A stretch of 64,000 nt of DNA from Oxalobacter sp. (GTDB taxonomy: Bacteria > Pseudomonadota > Gammaproteobacteria > Burkholderiales > Burkholderiaceae_D), in assembly GCA_018384065.1 (NCBI GenBank), contig JAHAYL010000051.1, positions 840 to 64,839 of the forward strand, given 5' to 3'. The stretch's first letter is position 1. Every line of letters starts with the position of its first letter. The position numbers and the translations under genes are program-made. A model generated the notes under the pieces. The model searched no databases. It was given only the letters and a program-made list of their open reading frames with translations, and was not told the DNA's origin. Shown piece after piece: positions 10,923 to 22,027 of this stretch.

Positions 10923-12800
10923 ATGAACCGTTACCCGCTCTGGAAATATCTCCTTATCGTTGTTGCCATTGTGTTCGGGCTGGTTTACACCGCACCGAAT
11001 TTCTTTGGTGAATCCCCTGCCATCCAGATCAGCAGTGTCAAATCCACAGTGAAAATCGATACCCAGATGATGGGACAGGTTGAACGTCTGATGAATGACA
11101 ACGGCCTTCAGACGGATGGGCTGTATTTTGATGCTGATGGCATGCATTCCACCGTCAAAGTACGTTTTGCTGATACGGCAACCCAGTTCAAGGCGAAGGA
11201 AATCCTTGAAAGGACCCTGAACCCGGATCAGGAAGACCCTACATACAGTATTGCCTTCAACCTGCTGCCCAATACCCCGCAGTGGTTGCAGAAACTGCAT
11301 GCCCTGCCGATGTATCTGGGGCTTGACCTGCGGGGTGGTGTCCACTTCCTGATGAAAGTCGATATCGATGCAGCCATCAATGCCCGTGTCCAGGGGATGC
11401 AGATTTCCGCACGCAACCTGATGCGTGAGAACAATATCCATTATTCCAGCTTTGTCCGTGTCCGTGACAGCATTGAACTGCAGTTTGCAGACCCAGCTCT
11501 CCGTCAGCGTGCGGAAGACATCCTGAAGAAAAGTATGCCGGATGCTGCCCAGCATGCTGAGACAGAAGGCGGCAGCAATAAACTGACATTGACACTGACC
11601 CCTGAAGCGCTGAAGGAAGTCCGTGAGAACAGTGTCAAGCAGAATATCGCCACCTTGTCGAAACGTGTGAATGAACTGGGTGTGAATGAACCGGTCATCC
11701 AGCAGCAAGGAGCCGACTGCATCGTTGTCCAGTTGCCGGGTGTCCAGGATGTTTCCCGTGCGAAAGACATCATCGGCCGTACAGCTACCCTTGAAGTCCG
11801 CATGGTGGATGAATCAGTGACCCGTGGCACGGAAGAAACCTCACCGATTCCGCTGGGTTCCGAACTGTTCCGCCAGGGTAAGAACACGCCGGTTGTCCTC
11901 TATAAGGAACCGGTGCTGACCGGTGAATACATCACCAATGCCTCTCCAACCCGTGACCAGTACCAGCAGCCGGCTGTCAGTGTTGACCTGAATGGCGATG
12001 GTGGCAGGAAGATGCGTGATGCCACCCGGTACCGTATCGGCAAACCAATGGCGATTGTGCTGTTTGAAAAAGGCAAGGGTGAAGTGCTGACTGTGGCAAC
12101 CATCCGCGATGAATTGGGGGCCCGTTTCCAGATTTCCGGGATGGGCTCTGCTGAAGCGGCGACTGACCTTGCCCTGCTGCTGAGGGCAGGTTCCCTCGCG
12201 GCACCGATGCAGATTATCGAAGAAAGGACCATCGGACCTCAGCTGGGGGCAGAGAATATCGAGAAAGGTTTCGCATCGACCCTGTATGGTTTTGCGGCAG
12301 TTGCCATCTTCATGATGCTGTACTACATGCTGTTCGGTGTCTTCAGCGTGATTGGGCTGGTTGTCAACATGCTGTTGATGATTGCCATCCTGTCGCTGAT
12401 GCAGGTAACATTGACATTGCCGGGTATTGCCGCAATGGCATTGACATTGGGGATGGCAATCGACTCGAATGTGCTGATCAATGAACGTATCCGTGAAGAG
12501 CTGCGGGCGGGATACAGTCCGCATACCGCCTTGTTCAACGGGTTCAATTCTGCTTGGGCAACAATCCTTGACTCGAATATCACAACCTTGATTGCCGGGG
12601 TTGCACTGCTGGTCTTCGGGACAGGTCCCATCCGCGGTTTTGCAGTGGCGCATTGTATTGGCATCTTGACTTCCATGTTCTCATCAGTGTTTGTCACGCG
12701 CGGACTTTCCAACCTCTGGTATGGACGCCGCAAGAAACTGACATCCCTGTCAATCGGTCAGGTCTGGAGGCCTGACCAGGATGACAGCAAGAAGAACTGA
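10923..12800 (+). CDS. secD: Protein translocase subunit SecD
   Basis: LGLDLRGGVH, RVNELGVNEP, IGPQLG, IDSNVLINERIREE. Confidence 0.98.
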   Translation: MNRYPLWKYLLIVVAIVFGLVYTAPNFFGESPAIQISSVKSTVKIDTQMMGQVERLMNDNGLQTDGLYFDADGMHSTVKVRFADTATQFKAKEILERTLNPDQEDPTYSIAFNLLPNTPQWLQKLHALPMYLGLDLRGGVHFLMKVDIDAAINARVQGMQISARNLMRENNIHYSSFVRVRDSIELQFADPALRQRAEDILKKSMPDAAQHAETEGGSNKLTLTLTPEALKEVRENSVKQNIATLSKRVNELGVNEPVIQQQGADCIVVQLPGVQDVSRAKDIIGRTATLEVRMVDESVTRGTEETSPIPLGSELFRQGKNTPVVLYKEPVLTGEYITNASPTRDQYQQPAVSVDLNGDGGRKMRDATRYRIGKPMAIVLFEKGKGEVLTVATIRDELGARFQISGMGSAEAATDLALLLRAGSLAAPMQIIEERTIGPQLGAENIEKGFASTLYGFAAVAIFMMLYYMLFGVFSVIGLVVNMLLMIAILSLMQVTLTLPGIAAMALTLGMAIDSNVLINERIREELRAGYSPHTALFNGFNSAWATILDSNITTLIAGVALLVFGTGPIRGFAVAHCIGILTSMFSSVFVTRGLSNLWYGRRKKLTSLSIGQVWRPDQDDSKKN

Positions 12801-12849
12801 AACAGGCAGGACAAGGTAAGTTAGACAGGTTTAGGAAACAGGATAAGAC

Positions 12850-13788
12850 ATGGAATTCTTTAGGATTAAAAAAGATATTCCCTTCATGCGCCATGCGCTG
12901 ATTTTCAACATCATCTCTGGGGTGACATTTGTCCTTGCAGTATTCTTCCTCTGCACCAAGGGACTGAATTTCTCCGTCGAATTCACTGGGGGCACCAATA
13001 TGGAAGTGACCTACCAGAAAGCGGCTGACCTGGATGCCATCCGCAAGACGGTCCGTGAAGCGGGGATTGCTGCGCAAGTGCAGACCTTTGGCAAGGCACA
13101 GGATGTGATGATCAACCTGCCGGTGGAGCCAGGCGTGACTGTTGCCCAGCAGAGTGAGAAAGTCATGGCGGCGCTGAATGCCCATGGCGAGGAAGCCAAA
13201 CTTCAGCGGGTGGAATTTGTGGGACCGCAGGTCGGTGATGAACTGGCGGAAAACGGCTTGATGGCGCTTTGCTTTGTGGTGCTGGGCATCATCATTTACC
13301 TGGCGTTCCGTTTCCAATGGAAATATGCGGTGTCGGCAATCCTGGCGAACCTGCATGACGTGGTGATTGTGCTTGGGTTCTTCTCCTTCTTTGAATGGGA
13401 ATTCTCGCTGTCGGTCTTGGCGGGTGTGCTTGCTGTCATGGGGTATTCGGTCAACGAGTCGGTGATTATCTTTGACCGTATCCGTGAGAACTTCCGCAAG
13501 ATGCGCAAGGTCTCTGTGCAGGAAGTCATCAACCATGCAATCACCAGCACAATTTCCCGTACGGCAATCACCCATGGTTCCACCGAGGCGATGGTGTTGG
13601 CGATGCTGATTTTCGGTGGACCGACACTGCATAATTTTGCGTTGGCATTGACCATCGGTATCTGCTTCGGTATTTATTCCTCTGTGTTTGTTTCTGCTGC
13701 AATCGCCATGTGGTTGGGTATCAAGCGCGAAGACCTGATCAAGCCGGTCAGCAAAGACAGGCGTAACACAGATGGAGCAGTTGTTTAA
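12850..13788 (+). CDS. secF: Protein translocase subunit SecF
   Basis: EFTGGT, VEFVGPQVG, GYSVNESVIIFDRIRE. Confidence 0.98.
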   Translation: MEFFRIKKDIPFMRHALIFNIISGVTFVLAVFFLCTKGLNFSVEFTGGTNMEVTYQKAADLDAIRKTVREAGIAAQVQTFGKAQDVMINLPVEPGVTVAQQSEKVMAALNAHGEEAKLQRVEFVGPQVGDELAENGLMALCFVVLGIIIYLAFRFQWKYAVSAILANLHDVVIVLGFFSFFEWEFSLSVLAGVLAVMGYSVNESVIIFDRIRENFRKMRKVSVQEVINHAITSTISRTAITHGSTEAMVLAMLIFGGPTLHNFALALTIGICFGIYSSVFVSAAIAMWLGIKREDLIKPVSKDRRNTDGAVV

Positions 13789-13864
13789 TGAGGACGCTTT
13801 CTGGCGCGGTGTCTGCCTGACCGGGCATGCCGTCTGATTACCAGTTTTTTTCGGAGAAAAGTAG

Positions 13865-15118
13865 ATGTATCAACATATCAAGGTTCCACAGTCAGGTGAC
13901 AAGATCACCGTCAATGCGGATTTTTCCCTGAACGTTTCCGACCATCCAATCATCCCGTTCATCGAAGGTGACGGTATCGGTGCTGACATCACACCGGTCA
14001 TGCGCAAAGTCATCGATGCGGCTGTTGCCAAGGCTTATGCCGGCAAGAAGCAGATTGAATGGATGGAAATTTATGCTGGCGAAAAGGCGCTCAAGGTCTA
14101 TGGTGAAGGTGTCTGGCTGCCACAGGAAACCATGGAAGCCCTGCGTGATTTCGTCATTTCCATCAAGGGGCCACTGACCACACCGATTGGTGGTGGTATC
14201 CGTTCCCTGAATGTCGCAATGCGCCAGGGGTTAGACCTGTATGTCTGCCTGCGTCCTATCCGTTATTTCAAAGGCGTTCCTTCCCCGGTCCGTCAACCGG
14301 AAAAGACAAACATGGTCATCTTCCGTGAAAACACTGAAGACATCTATGCAGGTATCGAATGGGCAGAGGGAACTCCTGAAGCACAGAAGGTCATCAACTT
14401 CCTGACCAAGGAAATGGGGGTTTCCAAAATCCGTTTCCCGAAAACTTCTGGCATCGGCATCAAGCCGGTCTCCCGTGAAGGCACTGAACGTCTGGTCCGT
14501 AAGGCTATCCAGTATGCGATTGACAATGACCGTCCAGCCGTGACCTTGGTCCATAAAGGCAACATCATGAAATTCACCGAAGGCAGCTTCCGTGATTGGG
14601 GCTATGCACTGGCACAGAAAGAATTCGGCGCTGAAGTCATCGGTAAAGGACCATGGTGCAAGTTCAAGAATCCAAAGACTGGCAAGGAAATCGTAATCAA
14701 AGATGTCTTGGCGGATGCATTCCTGCAGGAAATCCTGCTGCGTCCTGAACAGCACAGTGTGCTGGCGACCCTGAACCTGAATGGTGATTACATCTCTGAT
14801 GCATTGGCTGCGCAGGTTGGTGGTATCGGCATCGCACCAGGTGCGAACATGTCTGACTCCGTGGCGATTTTTGAGGCAACCCACGGTACAGCACCGAGCA
14901 TGGCGGGCAAGAACAACGTCAACCCAGGTTCAATGATCCTGTCTGCAGAACTGCTGCTCCGTCATATCGGCTGGACAGAAGCCGCAGACATCATCCTGGA
15001 TTCCATGCAGAAAGCCATTTCTTCCAAGAAAGTCACCAGCGACTTTGCTGCCCTGATGGAAGGGGCAACCGAAGTTTCCACCACAGATTTTGGTGACCTG
15101 ATGATTGCCTGCATGTAA
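13865..15118 (+). CDS. icd: Isocitrate dehydrogenase (E. coli Icd type) with atypical coenzyme-binding residues
   Basis: [52 protein letters not shown]. Confidence 0.97.
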   Translation: MYQHIKVPQSGDKITVNADFSLNVSDHPIIPFIEGDGIGADITPVMRKVIDAAVAKAYAGKKQIEWMEIYAGEKALKVYGEGVWLPQETMEALRDFVISIKGPLTTPIGGGIRSLNVAMRQGLDLYVCLRPIRYFKGVPSPVRQPEKTNMVIFRENTEDIYAGIEWAEGTPEAQKVINFLTKEMGVSKIRFPKTSGIGIKPVSREGTERLVRKAIQYAIDNDRPAVTLVHKGNIMKFTEGSFRDWGYALAQKEFGAEVIGKGPWCKFKNPKTGKEIVIKDVLADAFLQEILLRPEQHSVLATLNLNGDYISDALAAQVGGIGIAPGANMSDSVAIFEATHGTAPSMAGKNNVNPGSMILSAELLLRHIGWTEAADIILDSMQKAISSKKVTSDFAALMEGATEVSTTDFGDLMIACM

Positions 15119-15149
15119 TCAGGCGGTTTTTTCAAAAGCTGAATGACAG

Positions 15150-15182
15150 ACAGCCCCGGCAGCTTATGGTTGCCGGGGCTGT
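15150..15182. terminator. Intrinsic terminator between icd and the esterase gene
   Basis: ACAGCCCCGGCAGC-loop-GTTGCCGGGGCTGT, GC-rich stem. Confidence 0.75.
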
Positions 15183-15215
15183 TGTATCTGTTGCAGGTGC
15201 TATGTCAGATGCGCG

Positions 15216-15920
15216 TCATTTCGTGGCAGGAATCGCCCGCAGCCAGTTGAGCATATCGTTGATTTCATGCCAATCAAGGGTATGGTCCATATCATAGGCA
15301 TGGAATTCCACGTTGTAACCAAGTTCTGTCAGCTGGTTCTTTGCGTTTTCCCCGCGGTAAAAAGGCACAACAGGGTCTTCTGTCCCATGAGCAATGAAGA
15401 CAGGCGTATCCTGATTGGCTTCAGTCCGGTTTTCTTCAAATTTCTGCCGGAGTGGAATGTAACCGGAAAGGGCAATCACGCCGCCGAGTTTTTCGAAATG
15501 GGTCAGACCGACATGCAGTGCCATAGCGGCACCCTGTGAAAAGCCTGCCAGCAGGATTTTTTCTGTTGGCATGCCTTTGATTTTCTCATTATTGATCAGG
15601 ATATGGATCAGTCCAGTGGAATCGATGACACCCTGTTCATCTTCCATGTCCCGTTCTTCAAAGTCGGTATAGATGTCAAACCATGCACGGGCTGGCAGCC
15701 AGCTGTGTGCTGTGATTGGACGTTCAGGCGCATTCGGGAAAATGAAGCGGATGGCTGGCAGCCCAGTCAGGTCAAAATGTTCAAGCTGGGTGCTGAACAG
15801 CGTATGGAAGCTGGCGCCTTCGTCGCCTAAGCCATGCATCCAGATAATGGTGATCTGAGGGTTTTCACCGGTTTCATAACGACTGAACTGGAGTCTAGGT
15901 GCATTCATGTTAGGTACCAT
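15216..15920 (-). CDS. Phospholipase/carboxylesterase family alpha/beta hydrolase
   Basis: HGLGD, FIFPNAP, GFSQG nucleophile elbow, HGTEDPVV, C-terminal His (MDH). Confidence 0.92.
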   Translation of the reverse strand: MVPNMNAPRLQFSRYETGENPQITIIWMHGLGDEGASFHTLFSTQLEHFDLTGLPAIRFIFPNAPERPITAHSWLPARAWFDIYTDFEERDMEDEQGVIDSTGLIHILINNEKIKGMPTEKILLAGFSQGAAMALHVGLTHFEKLGGVIALSGYIPLRQKFEENRTEANQDTPVFIAHGTEDPVVPFYRGENAKNQLTELGYNVEFHAYDMDHTLDWHEINDMLNWLRAIPATK

Positions 15921-15960
15921 GGGTCACTTTCTGTTTTTCAAATAAAGAAGAAACTGTATT

Positions 15961-16578
15961 TTAAAGGGTTTTCCTGGCAGGACGCCATGCCTTGCAGCGT
16001 TTTTCGTCTGTTTCAATGCGGGGACCGCCAATCAGGTCGATGCAATAGGGGATGGCAGTGAAAATCCCTGGCTCGATGACCGTGCCATCAGGAGCGGTGA
16101 CACCATCCAGGGTTTCGTTGATGGCACGGGGTTGTCCCGGCAGGTTGAGGATGAGCGCCGCATGGTCTTCGGTTTCACGGATGACGGCAACCTGCCGGGA
16201 CAGGATGGCGGTCGGGACAAAATGCATGCCAATCTGCCGCATCCGTTCTGCAAATCCCGGCATTTCACGGGTTGCGACAGCCAGTGTCGCTTCTGGGGTG
16301 ACATCGCGTCTGGCTGGTCCCGTTCCACCTGTTGTCAGGATCAGGCAGCAGCGTTTTTCATCCACCAGTTCACAAAGGGTCGATTCAATGACAGCACGGT
16401 CGTCAGGAATCAACCGCGCTTCCAGTTGGAAAGGGGAGATTAATGTGGCAGACAACCATTCACTGAGCGCCGGAAGCCCTTTGTCTTGATAGGTGCCCTG
16501 TGAAGCCCTGTCAGAAATGGAAACCAGCCCGATGATGGCTTTTCTTTCTTGCGATGCTGGGTCAATATACTGGCTCAT
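15961..16578 (-). CDS. mog: Molybdopterin adenylyltransferase Mog
   Basis: SISDRASQG, TTGGTGPARRDVTPEAT, LSRQVAVIR, NLPGQP. Confidence 0.95.
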   Translation of the reverse strand: MSQYIDPASQERKAIIGLVSISDRASQGTYQDKGLPALSEWLSATLISPFQLEARLIPDDRAVIESTLCELVDEKRCCLILTTGGTGPARRDVTPEATLAVATREMPGFAERMRQIGMHFVPTAILSRQVAVIRETEDHAALILNLPGQPRAINETLDGVTAPDGTVIEPGIFTAIPYCIDLIGGPRIETDEKRCKAWRPARKTL

Positions 16579-17189
16579 TCCACAAGTTCCCTTGGTGTTT
16601 CAGAAGTGGGCAAAGCCCCGGGTTGCTGTTGTTCACTGACCAACAACTTGATTTGGCGGTATAACTCCCTGAAAGCTTTGGGCGGTTTGTTTTCAGCCTG
16701 TTCTTTCTTCGCATTGCGGATGAGTGCACGGAGCTGCTGGCTGTCTGCCTGCGGAAAACGGGCAAGGAAATCCGTCAGGGCATTCGGATTTTCCAGCAGT
16801 TGTGCCCGCAGGTTCTCAACCGCATGCAGCAGGGCGGTATCTGCTTTGGAATGGCCTTTCCAGCTGTCCAGCTGCTGTTTGATGGCTTCGACTTCATTCT
16901 CCTGGAGTTTCCGCATCAGTTTCCCGATATATTGCAGCTGACGGCGGTGTCCTTCATGGTTCTTGATGCGCTGGCATTCCAGCACCGCCTTGCGCAGGTC
17001 TTCTGGGATTGGGGCTTTCTGGATGCGTTCAGCAGACTGTTCAACCAACTGCCCGCCCAGTTTCTGCAACGCAATCATGTCGCGCTTGCGTTGGGATTTG
17101 GAAGGACCGCCATAAAATTCATCCGGGTCAAAAGGTTTATCTTCCCCGACTTCCCATTTCCAGTTTGGCATGACCTGCTTTTTCTCCAT
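16575..17189 (-). CDS. yjgA: Ribosome-associated protein YjgA/DarP (DUF615)
   Basis: SKSQRKRDM, RRQLQYIGKLMR, LRALIRNA; ATGA overlap with mog; divergent from pmbA. Confidence 0.93.
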   Translation of the reverse strand: MEKKQVMPNWKWEVGEDKPFDPDEFYGGPSKSQRKRDMIALQKLGGQLVEQSAERIQKAPIPEDLRKAVLECQRIKNHEGHRRQLQYIGKLMRKLQENEVEAIKQQLDSWKGHSKADTALLHAVENLRAQLLENPNALTDFLARFPQADSQQLRALIRNAKKEQAENKPPKAFRELYRQIKLLVSEQQQPGALPTSETPRELVE

Positions 17190-17250
17190 CGTTGAATTGG
17201 CTTGAATAGCGGTATCATATCAGCCTTGGGCTTACCTTCAAAAAATAATC

Positions 17251-18603
17251 ATGGATGATGCTGATTTCATTTATTCCAATGGCAACCTAGAGCAGATTGC
17301 CACCGATGTCCTCCGGTTTGCACGGGAAAAAGGTGCTTCAGATGCGGTGGTCGGTGTCAGTGAAGGCAGTGGGCTGTCTGTGTCCGTCAGGCGGGGCAAT
17401 ATCGATACGATTGAACGGAACCAGGACAAAAGCATCGGGGTCACGGTCTTTCTTGGCAAACAGCGGGGCAATGCCACCACCTCGGATTTTTCAGAACCAT
17501 CACTGCGCCAGACAGTGGAAGCTGCTTATAACATCGCCCGTTTCACCGCTGAAGACGAGGCTGCCGGGTTGCCAGAGCCGGAAATGCTCGAACGCCATCC
17601 GCAGGACCTGTCGTTGTATTACCGCTGGCAGATTGATGCAGAACAGGCGGTTGGTCTGGCAAAACGCTGTGAACAGGCAGCATTCGATGTGGACAGCCGT
17701 ATCTCAAACAGTGAAGGAGCCAATGTCCAGGTTTCCCATGCCCATTTCGTTTCAGCTAGCAGTGATGGTTTCTTGGGGGGGTATCCTTATTCCAGCCATT
17801 CCCTTTCTACCGTGCCGATTGCCAGTGATGCTGGCAAGATGCAGCGCGATTACTGGTACACCGCCTCCCGGAACCCGGCAGAACTGAAATCCCCTGAAGC
17901 TGTCGGCAGATATGCGGCAGAAAGGGCGTTGTCCCGTCTGGGTGGCCAGCGTATCACCACCCGGAAATGTCCAGTGCTATTTGAAGCACCGATGGCGATT
18001 GGCCTGATCAATACCTTTGTCAGGGCGGTTTCAGGTGGGGCGTTGTACCGTAAATCCAGTTTCCTGCTGGATTCCCTGAACAAAGCCGTTTTCCCAGAAC
18101 ATATCAGCCTGTTGGAAGAGCCCCATCTGATTGGCGCAATGGGCTCTGCGCCTTTCGATGATGAGGGGGTGCGTACCGTGCGCCGTAAGGTCGTTGACAA
18201 CGGGGTTGTCCAAGGCTATTTCCTGTCATCCTATTCTGCCCGCCGACTCGGCATGAAGACAACCGGCAATGCTGGCGGGTCGCATAACCTGATCCTTTCC
18301 TCTTCCAGTACGGAGAAAGACGATGATTATGCAGCGATGCTCAGGAAGATGAATACCGGCCTGGTTGTGACAGAACTGCTGGGGCAGGGCATCAACTTTG
18401 TGACCGGTGATTATTCCCGTGGGGCTTCCGGTTACTGGGTGGAAAACGGGGTCATCCAATACCCTGTGCAGGAAATCACGATTGCTGGTAACCTGAAAGA
18501 CATGTTCGCCCATATCGCTGCGGTCGGGGCAGATGTGCTCATCCGTGGCGCTAAACAGACCGGTTCCATCCTCATTGAAGAAATGACAGTGGCGGGAGCC
18601 TGA
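17251..18603 (+). CDS. pmbA: Metalloprotease PmbA/TldE
   Basis: PFDDEGV, GNAGGSHN, TGDYSRGASG, EITIAGNL. Confidence 0.96.
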   Translation: MDDADFIYSNGNLEQIATDVLRFAREKGASDAVVGVSEGSGLSVSVRRGNIDTIERNQDKSIGVTVFLGKQRGNATTSDFSEPSLRQTVEAAYNIARFTAEDEAAGLPEPEMLERHPQDLSLYYRWQIDAEQAVGLAKRCEQAAFDVDSRISNSEGANVQVSHAHFVSASSDGFLGGYPYSSHSLSTVPIASDAGKMQRDYWYTASRNPAELKSPEAVGRYAAERALSRLGGQRITTRKCPVLFEAPMAIGLINTFVRAVSGGALYRKSSFLLDSLNKAVFPEHISLLEEPHLIGAMGSAPFDDEGVRTVRRKVVDNGVVQGYFLSSYSARRLGMKTTGNAGGSHNLILSSSSTEKDDDYAAMLRKMNTGLVVTELLGQGINFVTGDYSRGASGYWVENGVIQYPVQEITIAGNLKDMFAHIAAVGADVLIRGAKQTGSILIEEMTVAGA

Positions 18604-18624
18604 AACCGATAAGGAGGGATTGCA

Positions 18625-19005
18625 ATGAAAAAAATATTGATGACATCGTTGTTGTTGGTCAGCGCATCGGCATGGGCAGGGTGCGGCGTTGAGACAGGGA
18701 AGCTGAAACAGGCATCCATGACAGTAAATGGCAAGACAACCGCTTTAAAATGCGGGAAATCCGGAAAAGTCTATCGGCAGCTTGATGATTTCTATGCTGC
18801 CTGCCATATAAATAAACGCCATGCTGATTGGGTCGCCTACCAGAAGGCTGATGGTACTGCAGCCAAGGGAACAGGCTGTCATATCGTCAAGAACAAAGGC
18901 TGGGCCTGCAATCGATGGCAGGATGTTGATGCTGTCAACATCCAGTCAAAAAGCGAACTGGGGTGCAATGACAGGGATTATGATGAATCCTCTGTCGTGA
19001 GGTAA
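18625..19005 (+). CDS. Hypothetical secreted protein with six cysteines
   Basis: AAGGAGG RBS, MKK plus hydrophobic signal peptide ending AWA, downstream terminator. Confidence 0.85.
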   Translation: MKKILMTSLLLVSASAWAGCGVETGKLKQASMTVNGKTTALKCGKSGKVYRQLDDFYAACHINKRHADWVAYQKADGTAAKGTGCHIVKNKGWACNRWQDVDAVNIQSKSELGCNDRDYDESSVVR

Positions 19006-19017
19006 CGGTCTGTCTTG

Positions 19018-19035
19018 GGCTGCTTCAGCCTTTTT
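19018..19035 (+). terminator. Short intrinsic terminator
   Basis: GGCTG-ctt-CAGCC followed by TTTTT. Confidence 0.55.
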
Positions 19036-19177
19036 CATACCCGTATCGTGTAAAGTATGTTTTACATGAGGGGGGCGGATAAAAAGTTGGACACTTCTAC
19101 GCATTGGAAAATCCCTGTCGCCTGTTGACGGGATGCCTGTCAACAGAATGCTGTGACGGGGCAGTATCTTTAAAGAC

Positions 19178-19209
19178 AGAAAAGCCGTTCTTTGATGAAC
19201 GGCTTTTCT
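19178..19209. terminator. Bidirectional intrinsic terminator downstream of adk
   Basis: AGAAAAGCCGTTC-tttgat-GAACGGCTTTTCT. Confidence 0.8.
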
Positions 19210-19231
19210 CATCGTTACCGGTTGAAACCGG

Positions 19232-19924
<693 letters not shown>

Positions 19925-20037
19925 TCAAATGTGGCGCCAAGTGCACCATCTGGACATATGTACCTGCTGAAAAATACCCATTCTACCAGAAACCAGCTTG
20001 CCCCTAGGGATTTGCATGGCTGTCTGGCAGATGTTGT

Positions 20038-20799
20038 TCATGACTGGCAGATCCGGGCATAGGTCTGCCGGACCCGTTCGAGGTCGGCAGGCGTATCAAC
20101 ACCAGCTTCAGGGATCCTGTCAGTGACATGTACGGCAATCGGATAACCATGCCAGAGCACACGGAGTTGTTCCAAAGATTCAATCTGCTCTATTGGGGAA
20201 ACCGTCAGGGAGGAATATGTTTTCAGGAAATTGTTCCGGAATGCATAGAGCCCGACATGGCGCAGGGCAGGCAGGTCGGGATACTGCTTTTCAGCCTTGG
20301 CATAACCATCCCGGTACCAAGGGATGGCGGCACGGGAGAAATAAAGTGCGCGGCTGTTTTTATCAAGGACAACTTTCACATAGTTTGGATTGAAGATGTC
20401 TTCAGGGGCTTCCAATGTATGGGCGGCAGTGGACATCGGCACCTTGTCTGAAATCAGTGCGGCTGTTGCGGCAATCAGCGATGGATCAATCAGGGGTTCA
20501 TCGCCCTGTACATTGACGATGGTGGCGTTGTCTGCCCAGTCCATACGGGAGGCAACTTCTGCAATCCGGTCGGTGCCGGAAACATGGTCTTTGCGGGTCA
20601 GCACCGCTTTGACCTGATGGGCGGCACAGGCATCGACAATGGCATTGTCATCCGTGGCGACAATGATATCTGCCGCCCCAGACTTTGCCGCCTGTTCTGC
20701 AACACGCACAATCATCGGTTTCCCGCCGATATCTGCAAGGGGCTTGTTGGGCAGCCGGGTGGATGCCAGCCGTGCTGGGATGATGACATAGAAAGACAT
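20038..20799 (-). CDS. kdsB: 3-deoxy-manno-octulosonate cytidylyltransferase
   Basis: [37 protein letters not shown]. Confidence 0.97.
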   Translation of the reverse strand: MSFYVIIPARLASTRLPNKPLADIGGKPMIVRVAEQAAKSGAADIIVATDDNAIVDACAAHQVKAVLTRKDHVSGTDRIAEVASRMDWADNATIVNVQGDEPLIDPSLIAATAALISDKVPMSTAAHTLEAPEDIFNPNYVKVVLDKNSRALYFSRAAIPWYRDGYAKAEKQYPDLPALRHVGLYAFRNNFLKTYSSLTVSPIEQIESLEQLRVLWHGYPIAVHVTDRIPEAGVDTPADLERVRQTYARICQS

Positions 20800-20823
20800 G
20801 GTTTGTCCTGTTTGTTGAATATG

Positions 20824-21009
20824 TTAAAAAGATTCGTCTGGAAATCTTTCGACTTTCCGGGCCTGGTCTTCCCAAAGGATGGGAATGCCGTCACGGATTG
20901 GGTATGCCAGCCGGTCAGGACGGCAGATCAGTTCCTGCTGCTCTTTATCGTATTTAAGAGGTCCCTTGCAAATTGGGCACACGAGGATATCAAGCAGTTT
21001 TGTATTCAT
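20824..21009 (-). CDS. Trm112/UPF0434 (YcaR-like) protein
   Basis: [14 protein letters not shown]...[12 protein letters not shown]; start set at 21009; typical position between lpxK and kdsB. Confidence 0.92.
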   Translation of the reverse strand: MNTKLLDILVCPICKGPLKYDKEQQELICRPDRLAYPIRDGIPILWEDQARKVERFPDESF

Positions 21010-22027
21010 GGCATTTCTCCACAATTTTGCTTTCCAGTAGATGATTGTCGATTTCAACACTGGCTGGAACCACCCAGATACGCTCATCTGCAATCAGCTC
21101 TGGACGCTGGGCGCATTTAACTGCATCTTTCTCTGTGATGAGGATGGTTCCTGAAGAGGTGTTCCGGAAAGGGTTTTCGGCAAAGCTGTAATGGTCTGGC
21201 AGGGGCATTTCTTCAAAGCTGAGATGCTGGTCTTTCAGGGAGGCAAAGAAACGCCTTGGGTTGCCGATGCCGGCAGCGGCCGTGATTTTCCCTTTGATTT
21301 GGGACAGTGGCTGGACATTGCGGCGGTTGGCAAGCTGTTCAGCGGTGTCGGTCTTGAGCTGCATCAGGAACATGTTGTCCGTATAGATGGGGTTGTTCGG
21401 TGCAGGATAATTGTGCCCGTTGATGATGGTAAAGTCACCCCGTCGGGAAGGTGGTTCGCGCAGGGGACCGGCGGGCAGCATCCATTGGTTGCCAGCGCCC
21501 CTGCCGTCAAAGAGGAGGATTTCGATATCCCGTGCCAATGCATAATGCTGAAGGCCGTCATCTGAGATGATGATGTCAATTTCTGGATGTTCCGCCAACA
21601 GATGCTGGGCAGCGGCAACGCGTTTACGGCAGACGGTCAACGGGCATTGCGTCTGCATGGCAATCAATAACGGTTCATCCCCGACTTCAGATGCCTGGGA
21701 TGAACCAGGGTCAACAGAACGTGGCTGGCTGTTGGATGTGCCGTAACCCCGGGAAATGATGCCGGGGGTGAAACCAGCCTTACGCAGGATCTGGGTCAGC
21801 CAGATGACGAAAGGGGTTTTGCCTGTTCCGCCAACAAAGATGTTGCCAACCACAATGACGGGAACCGGCAGTTTGGTGGATTTGAAGAAGCCTGTCCGAT
21901 AGGCAAACCGGCGGAAGGCGGTAATACCCCTGAAGAGCAGTGAAAGCGGGTACAGCAGGATGGCAAGCAGACCTCTTCCAAGCCAGACCCGCATCCAGAA
22001 ATGTTCACGGCTGGCTTTCCCGCTCAT
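20990..22027 (-). CDS. lpxK: Tetraacyldisaccharide 4'-kinase
   Basis: [35 protein letters not shown]. Confidence 0.97.
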   Translation of the reverse strand: MSGKASREHFWMRVWLGRGLLAILLYPLSLLFRGITAFRRFAYRTGFFKSTKLPVPVIVVGNIFVGGTGKTPFVIWLTQILRKAGFTPGIISRGYGTSNSQPRSVDPGSSQASEVGDEPLLIAMQTQCPLTVCRKRVAAAQHLLAEHPEIDIIISDDGLQHYALARDIEILLFDGRGAGNQWMLPAGPLREPPSRRGDFTIINGHNYPAPNNPIYTDNMFLMQLKTDTAEQLANRRNVQPLSQIKGKITAAAGIGNPRRFFASLKDQHLSFEEMPLPDHYSFAENPFRNTSSGTILITEKDAVKCAQRPELIADERIWVVPASVEIDNHLLESKIVEKCHEYKTA

